Positions 46,869 through 55,448 of a stretch of 64,000 nt of DNA are shown here, one piece after another; the stretch's first letter is position 1, and each line of letters opens with the position of its first letter. The DNA is taken from positions 261,355 through 325,354 of the forward strand of contig CALOAN010000021.1 in assembly GCA_942491345.1 (NCBI GenBank). Direction: 5' to 3'. The notes beneath the pieces are model-generated. The model was given only the letters and a program-made list of their open reading frames with translations, was not told the origin of the DNA and searched no databases. Origin of the DNA: an uncultured actinomycete (GTDB lineage: Bacteria > Actinomycetota > Acidimicrobiia > Spongiisociales > UBA5794). The position numbers were made by a program, and so were the translations under genes.

Positions 46869-47660
46869 ATGAAGAAGCTCATTGCGGTATTCGCCGCAAC
46901 CCTTATGACTCTGGCGATTGCAGCACCCGCAATGGCTCAGAGTGAAACACGTATCCACCTGATTCACGGAATCCCGGATACTCCCGTTGATGTGATCGTA
47001 GATGGAGAAGCGGTGTTCACCGACTTCAACTTCGGCGATACACAAGATCTGTCGTCACTCGCTGGCGCAACGTTGGTCGGCCTCCAGGTCGTCGTCGCCG
47101 GCACCGACACTGTTGCGATTGACGCTGGTGATGTCGATCTTCCTGCTTCGGGCAACTACTCGATCATCGCGAACCTTGACGCTTCGGGCACCCCGACGCT
47201 GACGGTGTTCGAGAATGACACTTCTGCGATCGACGCCGGTAACGGCCGCCTGCAGGTTCGTCACACCGCTGCCGCTCCGGCCGTGGACGTGAAGGCCGAC
47301 GGCGCGGTTGCGTTCAGCAACCTCAGCAACCCGAACGAGGCGAAGGCTGACCTTCCCGCCGCTACCTATAGCGTCGAGGTGGTCCCCACCGGAGCCGATG
47401 AGCCGGTTGTGATTGGCCCAGCCGACATCGCCCTTCCTGACGGCACGTCGCTGATCGTCTACGCAGTTGGTTCGCTCGATGACGAGACGCTGACCGTGTT
47501 GACCGAGTCGATCACCGGTCTTGGCGCCGCTCCTGCGGCCGTCGAAACCGGGAACAGCCCTGTTGAAAGCGGCATCTCGATGACCGCTGTCGCCGGCATG
47601 CTGGTGATCGCAACCGTTGCAGTTGGCGGAGGTCTCACCCTCGCCCGCCGCTCGAGCTGA
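46869..47660 (+). CDS. Secreted DUF4397 protein with C-terminal sortase-type sorting signal (AVETG + TM + RRSS)
   Basis: AAGGAGGGG RBS. Signal peptide ...APAMAQS. Repeated DUF4397-type beta modules. The C-terminus is PAAVETGNSPVESG-ISMTAVAGMLVIATVAVGGGLTLA-RRSS. Confidence 0.75.
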   Translation: MKKLIAVFAATLMTLAIAAPAMAQSETRIHLIHGIPDTPVDVIVDGEAVFTDFNFGDTQDLSSLAGATLVGLQVVVAGTDTVAIDAGDVDLPASGNYSIIANLDASGTPTLTVFENDTSAIDAGNGRLQVRHTAAAPAVDVKADGAVAFSNLSNPNEAKADLPAATYSVEVVPTGADEPVVIGPADIALPDGTSLIVYAVGSLDDETLTVLTESITGLGAAPAAVETGNSPVESGISMTAVAGMLVIATVAVGGGLTLARRSS

Positions 47661-47684
47661 CGACAAAACGACGAACGAAGGAGA

Positions 47685-47715
47685 ATGGGGGCGGGACACA
47701 GCGTCCCGCCCCCAT
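47685..47715 (+). promoter_or_regulatory. Strong hairpin between the substrate and sortase genes (possible partial terminator/processing site)
   Basis: ATGGGGGCGGGAC-acagc-GTCCCGCCCCCAT (13-bp stem), weak U tail (tcgaatg). Confidence 0.5.
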
Positions 47716-47729
47716 TCGAATGTGAAACC

Positions 47730-48428
47730 ATGAAACTCCCAGCCGCCATCGTTCTCCTGCTCCTTGCCCTGGTTGGCGCCGCCTGTAGTTCGGCTTCCGC
47801 CGACCCAGTCGGCGAGGCCCCCGCAACCACAACCACTATCGCCTCACCCGTCACTACAACGACGGTGGCGCCTGAAGAGGAACAATCGCCCGCCACCTCG
47901 ACCCGCTCGACGTCCACACTCGCCGATGCGGTGGTGCCGCTGGAGTCGGCCCTCTACGACCCGGCGGAACATGCGGACGACCGTCCGATCCCGACCTCCA
48001 TTTCGATCGAAGGCATCGGTGTTGCCGGAGCGCCCGTGATCGATGTGGGTGTCGAAGAGAACGGCGACATGGAGATCCCCGGCGCCGACAGCGTCGGCTG
48101 GTACCGCTTCAACCCAACACCCGGCGAGCCCGGGTCCTCCGTCCTTGCGGCACACATCTCGTACAACGGCGAACCCGGCGTCTTTCGATACCTCGACGAC
48201 GTCGAAATCGGCGAACGTGTTGTGGTGACGTTCGACGACGGCACATCGACTGAGTTTGAGATCATCGAGCTTGCGCAATATGACAAGCAGGAGCTTCCGG
48301 ACGATCGAGTCTTTGCGAAAGACGGTGACCCGGTCCTCACGTTGATCACGTGTGGAGGCGACTTCAATCGTTCGCTGCGCAGTTACGAAGACAACGTCGT
48401 GGCCTACGCTGTACCCGTCGCCGGCTAG
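47730..48428 (+). CDS. Sortase (class E/F-like), lipobox-type signal
   Basis: LVGAAC signal. Catalytic AAHISYNG...F..L and TLITCGG motifs plus a downstream Arg (RSLRSY). Confidence 0.85.
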   Translation: MKLPAAIVLLLLALVGAACSSASADPVGEAPATTTTIASPVTTTTVAPEEEQSPATSTRSTSTLADAVVPLESALYDPAEHADDRPIPTSISIEGIGVAGAPVIDVGVEENGDMEIPGADSVGWYRFNPTPGEPGSSVLAAHISYNGEPGVFRYLDDVEIGERVVVTFDDGTSTEFEIIELAQYDKQELPDDRVFAKDGDPVLTLITCGGDFNRSLRSYEDNVVAYAVPVAG

Positions 48429-48576
48429 GTCGGCTCTGGTGCATTCAGCCGACTGCATTGCGCGCCAGCAGGCCCGTAGTCCTTCGCCGGGATTATCGGC
48501 TCCGCATGAATGACCGTTGGCTTCTCGCGAGGTCAACAGCGTGCGCTGAAATCGACGCGACCAGCGAGAGGAAGAC

Positions 48577-49683
48577 ATGTACATCGCCTTGAGAGAATTG
48601 TGGCGTTCCAAGCTCAGATTCGGGCTTCTCTCCGCGGCGGTTGCGCTCCTTGCATTCCTCCTTCTGTTCCTCGGCACGCTATCCGGCACCCTTCTTTCCT
48701 CCTATATCGGTGCGATCGAGAACGCAGAGGCCGACGCCGTCGTCTTCTCTTCGGACGCTCGCCGCAATGTGCAGGCCAGCCGCTTCGACGTCGCTGCGGT
48801 GGAAGCGGTACAACAGGTTCCAGGGGTGATGGCCGCAGCCGGGATGAACGAGGTCACCCTGACGGTGCTGATCGACGGAGAGACCTCCGACCTCAGTATG
48901 TGGGCCGTGGAGCCCGGAGCTCCCGGCGACGTTCCGATCATCGAGGGACGAAAGGCGGGTGCTGGAGAGCTGGTTGTCGACGTCTCGGCGAAAGCCGCTG
49001 GGTTCGAGATCGGATCAACCGTCACCCTCGTCGAGACCGATCGTGACCTTGCGATAGTCGGATTCACCGACCGGCGGCAGTACGCGGTCCTGCCGACCGG
49101 ATACACGCCATTGTCTGAGTGGAACCGGATCTTCCTCGAGACCTATCCAGGAGCGACCGACATCCCCATAAACATCATCGCGGTCGACGTCGACGAGGGC
49201 GCCGATCTCGATGTCGTCATTTCCGCGATCAACAATTCGGTTGCGACTGCCGATGCTGTCACACCCACCGATGCCGCCGCTGCGACGCCCGGGGTTTCGT
49301 CGATTACGACGTCGTTCAACCTGATTGTCGGTATCACGTTCGGGATTGTGGTCGTCGTGATCGGGTTCTTCTTCATGATTCTCGCCGTCCAGAAGCAGAA
49401 GTCCTTTGCTCTCCTTCGGGCTGTCGGAGCCAGTCGGCGGTATCTCGGATTGAGCATCGTCTTCCAGATCGCCGTCACGGTCAGCGTCGGGATTCTCGTG
49501 GGGGTCCTGTTCCTCTGGGGAGCGAGCCTCATGAGCAGTGAGTCCTTCCCGCTCACCATCGAGACCGTTTCGGTGGCGCTCACATCGTTGATTGTCTTGA
49601 TCTCGGCGATCGTCGCGGGTGGCTTCTCCGTGCGACGGGCCTTGAAGGTCGACCCGACGCGAGCGGCACAGGGGATCGCCTGA
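48577..49683 (+). CDS. ABC transporter permease, FtsX/MacB-like
   Basis: N-terminal TM helix, large extracytoplasmic domain, C-terminal FtsX-type 3-TM bundle (LRAVGASRRYL...). Confidence 0.8.
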   Translation: MYIALRELWRSKLRFGLLSAAVALLAFLLLFLGTLSGTLLSSYIGAIENAEADAVVFSSDARRNVQASRFDVAAVEAVQQVPGVMAAAGMNEVTLTVLIDGETSDLSMWAVEPGAPGDVPIIEGRKAGAGELVVDVSAKAAGFEIGSTVTLVETDRDLAIVGFTDRRQYAVLPTGYTPLSEWNRIFLETYPGATDIPINIIAVDVDEGADLDVVISAINNSVATADAVTPTDAAAATPGVSSITTSFNLIVGITFGIVVVVIGFFFMILAVQKQKSFALLRAVGASRRYLGLSIVFQIAVTVSVGILVGVLFLWGASLMSSESFPLTIETVSVALTSLIVLISAIVAGGFSVRRALKVDPTRAAQGIA

Positions 49684-50798
49684 TGCGTCTCGCGATCGCC
49701 GAACTCCGTCGCAACAAGGGCAGGTACTTCTCGATCACAGCTGCTGTCGGCTTGATCGTGTTCCTTGTCTTGATTCTCGCGGGCCTCGCAGACGGCCTCT
49801 ACTTCGGAGCAACCGGGGCGTACCGCAACGGCAACGCCGATCTGTACTCCTACAGCCAGGATTCCCAGCGAAGCTTCTCGAGGAGCGAGATTCCGTTCGC
49901 CTCGATTGCCGAAGTTCGCCTGGTGCCCGGTGTGGTCGACGCGGGCGGACTGGGAATCCAATTGGGCTCAACAACCGTTGACGGCGCGCTCATTGACGTG
50001 GCGCTGATTGGTCACGAGCCTGGAAGGCCGGGCAGCCCGGACTATGCCACCGACTTCTCGTCTGCTTCCGGTCCCATTGCGGTGGCCGATGTCTCACTCG
50101 AGGCCCAGGGTGTTGAGGTTGGCGACCAGATCCTGTTGACGGGTTCCACCACGCCTGTCACGGTCGTTGAGATCGTGAACGACAGCGCATTCCTGCTCGC
50201 CGGGACGCTCTGGACCGATCTCGATACATGGTCCCACGTCCGACAGGAGATCGTCCCTGAGCTTGCGTTTCGCGATCCAGCGGTTCAGGCGGTCGCCTCA
50301 ACCGTGAATACACCCGACGATGTTTCGTCGGTAGCCGCGTCGATCGACGAGGCGACCGGCTTCACCGACACCGCTACGACGAATGAAGCGATTTCGAGCC
50401 TCCCCGGTGTTGATCAGCAGGAGGCGACGTTTCAGGCCATCATCTGGGCGAGTTTCGCCGTTGTTGGTGTGGTCACGGCACTGTTCTTCGCTCTCGTCAC
50501 ACTCGAGAAACGCAACCTGCTCGCGATTCTGAAAGCAATCGGAGCCACCAACCGGTCGCTGCTTGCCGGCATTCTTGGCCAGGGTCTCGTCACAGCAGTC
50601 GGTGGATTCATCGTGGGATTCATGTTGTCCCGTCTTGTCGGACTCATACTCCCGGCGGAAGTACCCATCGCGTTCCTTTCGAGCACCGCCCAATGGCTCC
50701 TCTTCGCGACCGTTGCCATGGGGCTTTTCGGCGCAGCTCTCTCATTCCGAAAGATCTCGAAGATCGATCCGGCTACAGCAATCGGAGGTGCAGGATGA
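49683..50798 (+). CDS. ABC transporter permease, FtsX/MacB-like (second copy)
   Basis: Same architecture (LKAIGATNRSLL...). Its start overlaps the previous stop. Confidence 0.8.
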   Translation: MRLAIAELRRNKGRYFSITAAVGLIVFLVLILAGLADGLYFGATGAYRNGNADLYSYSQDSQRSFSRSEIPFASIAEVRLVPGVVDAGGLGIQLGSTTVDGALIDVALIGHEPGRPGSPDYATDFSSASGPIAVADVSLEAQGVEVGDQILLTGSTTPVTVVEIVNDSAFLLAGTLWTDLDTWSHVRQEIVPELAFRDPAVQAVASTVNTPDDVSSVAASIDEATGFTDTATTNEAISSLPGVDQQEATFQAIIWASFAVVGVVTALFFALVTLEKRNLLAILKAIGATNRSLLAGILGQGLVTAVGGFIVGFMLSRLVGLILPAEVPIAFLSSTAQWLLFATVAMGLFGAALSFRKISKIDPATAIGGAG

Positions 50799-51493
50799 CC
50801 AAGGCACTTGAAGTCGCCAATCTCACCAAGGTGTACGGCGAAGGGCGGACGGCCGTAACTGCCGTCAAGAGTGCTGAATTCAGGCTCGCAGAGAACGAAT
50901 TCGTTGCACTTGTTGGCCCGTCCGGATCGGGCAAGACCACCCTCTTGTCGATGATCGGCGGCCTGCTGACTCCCACCGAGGGTGAGGTCAGCATCGGTGA
51001 TACCGTTGTGACGAGTCTGAGCAGTCGGCAGCGAACCCGCTTTCGGGCTCGTTCCGTCGGTTTCGTGTTCCAGGCGTTCAATCTTGTTCCATTCCTCACC
51101 GCACGGGAGAACCTCACCATGATGGCGACGATCGCAGGGATGGACAGGGGCCAGATCGAAGAGCGCGCCACCGAACTGCTGCGAGACCTCGGACTCGCCG
51201 AGCGGAGCGGCAATCTTCCGGAAGAGCTGTCCGGAGGCGAACGCCAGCGTGTTGCCATCGGTCGGTCACTGGTGACTGATCCCGAGATCATCCTCGTCGA
51301 CGAGCCGACAGCAAGCCTCGACTCCGAGCGCGGAGCTCAGGTGGTCCAGATGCTCGCGAACGAAGTGAAGAGTCGCGGCAAGGCAGGCATCATGGTGACA
51401 CACGACTTGAGGATGGTTGAATACGCAGACCGCTCGCTCACCATCTCGGATGGTGTGGTGGAACAGAGCCCACGCGAGCTTGTCGAGGCATAG
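50795..51493 (+). CDS. ABC transporter ATP-binding protein (MacB/LolD-like)
   Basis: GPSGSGKTTLL, LSGGERQRVAIGRSL, ILVDEPTASLD. ATGA overlap at 50795-50798. Confidence 0.9.
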   Translation: MTKALEVANLTKVYGEGRTAVTAVKSAEFRLAENEFVALVGPSGSGKTTLLSMIGGLLTPTEGEVSIGDTVVTSLSSRQRTRFRARSVGFVFQAFNLVPFLTARENLTMMATIAGMDRGQIEERATELLRDLGLAERSGNLPEELSGGERQRVAIGRSLVTDPEIILVDEPTASLDSERGAQVVQMLANEVKSRGKAGIMVTHDLRMVEYADRSLTISDGVVEQSPRELVEA

Positions 51494-51512
51494 CCGACAG
51501 CGGAGGACAGAA

Positions 51513-52409
51513 ATGAAGATTGCCGTCACCGGAGCATCGGGACTCATCGGAACACCCCTCGTGTCGTCTCTTCGAGACGGTGGCTACGACGTCGTACGGC
51601 TCGTACGGCGTGATCCGCAGACTGTCGACGAGATCCAGTGGAATCCGGCAGCCGGCACGATCGATACTGCGGGCCTCGTTGGGACAGACATCGTGTTTCA
51701 TCTCGCGGGCGCCGGGATCGGTGATCGGCGATGGACCGAGTCGTACAAGCAGGAGATCCTCGATAGCCGTGTCCTCGGCACGAGACTGCTTGCTGGAGCA
51801 CTTGCCGAACTGGATCCAACACCTTCCGTCATGGTGTCCGCCTCGGCAATCGGCTGGTACGGGGACCGCGGAGATGAGGTTCTCGACGAGACCTCGCCCC
51901 TGGGCACAGGTTTTCTCGCCGACGTAGTCGCGGCGTGGGAGGCTGCGGCACAACCTGCGGCGGACGCGGGAATACGGGTTGTCCATCCTCGAACCGGGAT
52001 TGTGCTCTCGAAGGAGGGCGGGGCGCTCCAGCGGCTGCTGCTGCCCTTCAGGCTCGGCGCAGGCGGCAGGACCGGTCCTGGAAGCCAATGGTGGAGCTGG
52101 ATCACCCTCGACGACGGGGTGAGGGCGCTGAACCACCTTGCGTTCTCATCTTCGCTCGCCGGTCCTGTGAATCTGACCGCACCGAACCCCGTGACGAACC
52201 AAGAGTTCGTCGATGCCCTGGGGCGTGTTCTGCGGCGTCCAACCGTGCTGCCGACACCATCGCTGGCGCTCAAGGCCGTCCTCGGATCTGAACTGGCAGA
52301 GGCGCTCCTCTTCCAGTCACAGCGTGTTGTGCCGGCCCGGTTGCTCGAGGATGGCTTCACGTTCGATTCTCCGAACCTCGACGAAGCGCTGCAGTCGGCG
52401 ATCGATTGA
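51513..52409 (+). CDS. YfcH/TIGR01777-type epimerase-family protein (SDR fold + DUF1731)
   Basis: MKIAVTGASGLIGTPL...; C-terminal LLEDGFTFDSPNLDEAL is typical of DUF1731. Confidence 0.8.
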   Translation: MKIAVTGASGLIGTPLVSSLRDGGYDVVRLVRRDPQTVDEIQWNPAAGTIDTAGLVGTDIVFHLAGAGIGDRRWTESYKQEILDSRVLGTRLLAGALAELDPTPSVMVSASAIGWYGDRGDEVLDETSPLGTGFLADVVAAWEAAAQPAADAGIRVVHPRTGIVLSKEGGALQRLLLPFRLGAGGRTGPGSQWWSWITLDDGVRALNHLAFSSSLAGPVNLTAPNPVTNQEFVDALGRVLRRPTVLPTPSLALKAVLGSELAEALLFQSQRVVPARLLEDGFTFDSPNLDEALQSAID

Positions 52410-52457
52410 GTCCGTGCCCGCGGCTTACGCCCAGCGGCGGCTGCTACGGTCGACGGC

Positions 52458-53168
52458 ATGGTCATCGAACTCGTCGGCCACGTCCGTGCTGTGTGTGTAG
52501 GCGAGGTTGGTGCATTGACGCTCGGGCGGCGCAGCATTGAATCGGCATTCGTCAAGACGCGCGTCGAAGGACCGCTCCGGTTGGGTGAGCTTGGATTCCC
52601 CGGAGACGAGCATGTCTACGAAGACCATGGCGGTCCGGAGATGGCGGCCTTGGTGTATGCGTTTGAGCACTACTCGTATTGGCGCGAATTCGGTCTCGAT
52701 CTGCCCGAGGCCGGTGCGTTCGGAGAGAACCTGACGGTCACCGGGCTTGTCGAATCCGACGTTCACCTCGGTGACGTTTTTGAAGTCGGAACGAGTGTCG
52801 TCCAAGTCACTCAGCCTCGCGCACCGTGCTACAAGATTGGTGCGCGCTACGGAGACCGGAGCCTTTCGGTTACGGCGCAGAACGCCGGGTTGATCGGCTA
52901 TCTCCTGCGGGTTCTCGACGAGGGAGACGTGAGTGCAGGCGACTCGATGCGGCTCGTCGATCGAGGCTCCCACGGTGTGACGGTTGCCGAAGCCGGTCGG
53001 GCTGCAAACGTCGATCGAAACGACCTGGAGACCGCTGCACGCGTGCTTGCGGTCGATGCCCTTGGGTCCTCGACGCGGCGCAGGCTCACGGCACGGACGG
53101 CGAGCCGAGTCGAAGTTGGCCTCGACGTTGGTCGCCTCATTCTCCCGGAGGATGGCCTCCCGTCATGA
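52458..53168 (+). CDS. MOSC domain protein (YiiM-like)
   Basis: GENLTVTGL...DVFEVGTSVVQVTQPRAPCYKIG is a MOSC beta-barrel with the conserved Cys. Confidence 0.8.
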   Translation: MVIELVGHVRAVCVGEVGALTLGRRSIESAFVKTRVEGPLRLGELGFPGDEHVYEDHGGPEMAALVYAFEHYSYWREFGLDLPEAGAFGENLTVTGLVESDVHLGDVFEVGTSVVQVTQPRAPCYKIGARYGDRSLSVTAQNAGLIGYLLRVLDEGDVSAGDSMRLVDRGSHGVTVAEAGRAANVDRNDLETAARVLAVDALGSSTRRRLTARTASRVEVGLDVGRLILPEDGLPS

Positions 53169-53642
53169 GGGCTCGCGTGCAAGTCCTTCAACGATCTCTG
53201 CCCCGAGGGCAGTCAGAATTGCGGGTGGGGCGAGCACCTTCCGATCGCGGCTGCCGCCGCCCAGGATGATGCGGTCCCGGGTCATCACCTGACCGTCGAC
53301 CCACAGGGGCAGGTCGTCGGGGAGCCCGAACGGCGTCACACCACCGATGGCCATGCCGGTGAGCTGTTCGGTGTCGGCGCCGCCTGCGAACGACGCCTTG
53401 CGCACACCCATACGTTCCTTGACGACGCGATTCACGTCGAGCCTTGTGGTGGCCAACACAACACACGCTGCATACACGGGCGGCGTCGCCTTGCCGGCAA
53501 CCAGGATCGTGTTTGCCGAATCGTCCAGCGCATACCCGTAGGCAGCGCAAAACTGGGCGGTGTCCGCGAGCTCCGGATCGCACGGGATGATCTCGTACGC
53601 GATGCCGAGTGAATCGAGCTGCTCGACAAGTGTGTCACTCAC
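53163..53642 (-). CDS. YbaK/EbsC-family aminoacyl-tRNA deacylase domain protein
   Basis: KASFAGGADTEQLTGMAIGGVTPFGLP...ILGGGSRDRKV. Confidence 0.8.
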   Translation of the reverse strand: MSDTLVEQLDSLGIAYEIIPCDPELADTAQFCAAYGYALDDSANTILVAGKATPPVYAACVVLATTRLDVNRVVKERMGVRKASFAGGADTEQLTGMAIGGVTPFGLPDDLPLWVDGQVMTRDRIILGGGSRDRKVLAPPAILTALGAEIVEGLAREPS

Positions 53643-53813
53643 TCGTGGATCTCCCTCCTCGAAGCCTGGTCGGTTGATCCTAGGCGTTGCTCCATCCGGT
53701 CCGGATTCGGCACCCGCAGCGCTGGTTGGTCACCGCTCGCCAGGATTGGTCGCTTCCCCACAGCACCCGCTACGGTTGGAGGTGTCGTAACCGCTGACGA
53801 AAGTTGAGGAAGT

Positions 53814-54152
53814 ATGACCGCTCTGGAGAAGATCAGCGCCGCTGAGGACAAGGTTGCGGGGCTCCAAGACGCCCTGACCGCTGTTGAGAGTGTTCTCGAG
53901 ACGACGGAGCAAATCGTTGTCGAGGGAAAGAAGGCGGGGCGCTGCTTCCGGCGCCTGCTGAAGCTGCTGCTCCTCGTCTCGATCGTCGCCGTTCTTGCGA
54001 TGGTTGTGAAGAAGCTTGTGGGCCGGAAGTCGCTGGAAGACGAGATCGAGATCCACGATGCCAGTGTCGAGGAGGCCGAGGAAGCCGTCGTCGAGGAAGC
54101 CGTCGTCGAGGAGGCCGAGGGGGAGGGCGAGGGGGAGGGCGAGGCGTCCTAG
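53814..54152 (+). CDS. Hypothetical single-TM protein with acidic repetitive tail
   Basis: GAGGAAG RBS. Central TM helix LLKLLLLVSIVAVLAMVV. The tail is VEEAEEAVVEEAVVEEAEGEGEGEGE. Confidence 0.45.
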   Translation: MTALEKISAAEDKVAGLQDALTAVESVLETTEQIVVEGKKAGRCFRRLLKLLLLVSIVAVLAMVVKKLVGRKSLEDEIEIHDASVEEAEEAVVEEAVVEEAEGEGEGEGEAS

Positions 54153-54304
54153 TTCAAAGCGCGTCGATGACATGATGCGGAGCGACCTTCACCGTTGCGG
54201 TGAGGCCGCGATGTGCGACCAGCGATCGTCGGAATTCGCACGGATTGGCTCTAGCCGCCGTCGGGATTGTCGACCATGCTTGGTTGGTCAACCGAGGAGC
54301 TGAT

Positions 54305-54559
54305 GTGACCACTGCAGAAGAACGAGGGCAGCGACGGCCACCTATCCAGATGGCAATTGGCTGGGTATTTGCGGCGGTTGTGATCTTCCTCGCTCAACGA
54401 GATCTCAGCCGCAGACCCCCCGAAGCCGTGCGTGGGCCGGTCGCCCTCTGGCGTGTTGTCGCCGGGATCCCGCCGGGAGCCTTGGCCTATCTCGTTTTCG
54501 GACGCCGCCGGACGTCGTCGGTTGCTCCCGACGAAGCCGCGGCCGAGGCAGCCGGCTGA
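54305..54559 (+). CDS. Small membrane protein, PLD-N-terminal-like (PLDc_N) motif
   Basis: GTG start with a GAGGAG RBS. Two TM helices. ...IPPGALAYLVFGRRR resembles the PLDc_N family ending. Confidence 0.4.
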   Translation: MTTAEERGQRRPPIQMAIGWVFAAVVIFLAQRDLSRRPPEAVRGPVALWRVVAGIPPGALAYLVFGRRRTSSVAPDEAAAEAAG

Positions 54560-54584
54560 GCGGGAGATCCGGTAGCAATACGGA

Positions 54585-55055
54585 GTGATGATGTCGGCAG
54601 TGCTTGTCCCGGACGATTTCGACGTGCCCCTTGCGTTCGAAGGTCCGGGCTTTCGGCTCGAGCCACTGGGACCGGAGCACAACGAACGCGACCACGACGC
54701 CTGGATGTCGAGCATCGATCACATCCGAGCCACGCCGGGGTTCGGGCCAACGCGGCGCTGGCCGCAGCCCATGGATCTTGATGAGAACCGAAGCGACTTG
54801 GTCGGTCACGCGACCGACTTCGAGAACCGCGAGGGTTTCACGTACTCGATCCTCGATGGCGACGAGGTGATCGGGTGTGTCTACATCTATCCGTCCAAGG
54901 AGCCCGCGCACAAGGAGCCCGCGCACGATGCGGCGGTGTCGTCGTGGGTCCGCGCGAGCCGTTCTGAGATGGATATGGTCGTCCACCGGTCGCTCAGCGC
55001 ATGGCTCGCCGAAGCCTGGCCGTTCGACAATCCCGACTACGCGGAGCGGGAGTGA
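54585..55055 (+). CDS. GNAT-like acetyltransferase family protein (tentative)
   Basis: FRLEPLGPEHNERDHDAWMSS...FTYSILDGDEVIGCVYIYP pattern. Contains an in-frame 15-bp tandem duplication (KEPAH x2). Confidence 0.5.
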   Translation: MMMSAVLVPDDFDVPLAFEGPGFRLEPLGPEHNERDHDAWMSSIDHIRATPGFGPTRRWPQPMDLDENRSDLVGHATDFENREGFTYSILDGDEVIGCVYIYPSKEPAHKEPAHDAAVSSWVRASRSEMDMVVHRSLSAWLAEAWPFDNPDYAERE

Positions 55056-55115
55056 CCGCGTACCCAGGGTTGTAGACGTCCTATTTGGCGTCTCCAGCCC
55101 GCGGAACGCGAGCCG

Positions 55116-55346
55116 CCATTCCGCGGGCCCACAGCGCCGTATGCGGGGTGGAGAACCCTGGGTACGCAGCGCCACCCATTCCGCGGGCCCACGGCGCCGT
55201 ATGCGGGGTGGAGAACCCTGGGTTCGTGATCAGCCATTCCGCGGGCTGACGGCGCCGTATGCGGGGTGGAGAACCCTGGGTTCGCAGCGCCACCCATTCC
55301 GCGGGCCCACGGCGCCGTATGCGGGGTGGAGAACCCTGGGTTCGTG
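55116..55346 (+). repeat. 60-nt tandem repeat, 4 units (family shared with 7734-7853)
   Basis: Units start at 55116, 55176, 55234 and 55294. The array lies about 100 nt upstream of the heliorhodopsin ATG. Confidence 0.85.
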
Positions 55347-55448
55347 GACTACCTCGCGCGCGATCGCGGTAAGGTGCAGCCTCACCGGAGTTGGCGCGTC
55401 GACTGGAGTGCCTCTCCGTTGCTGTCACATCGATCTCGGGAGGGCCCA

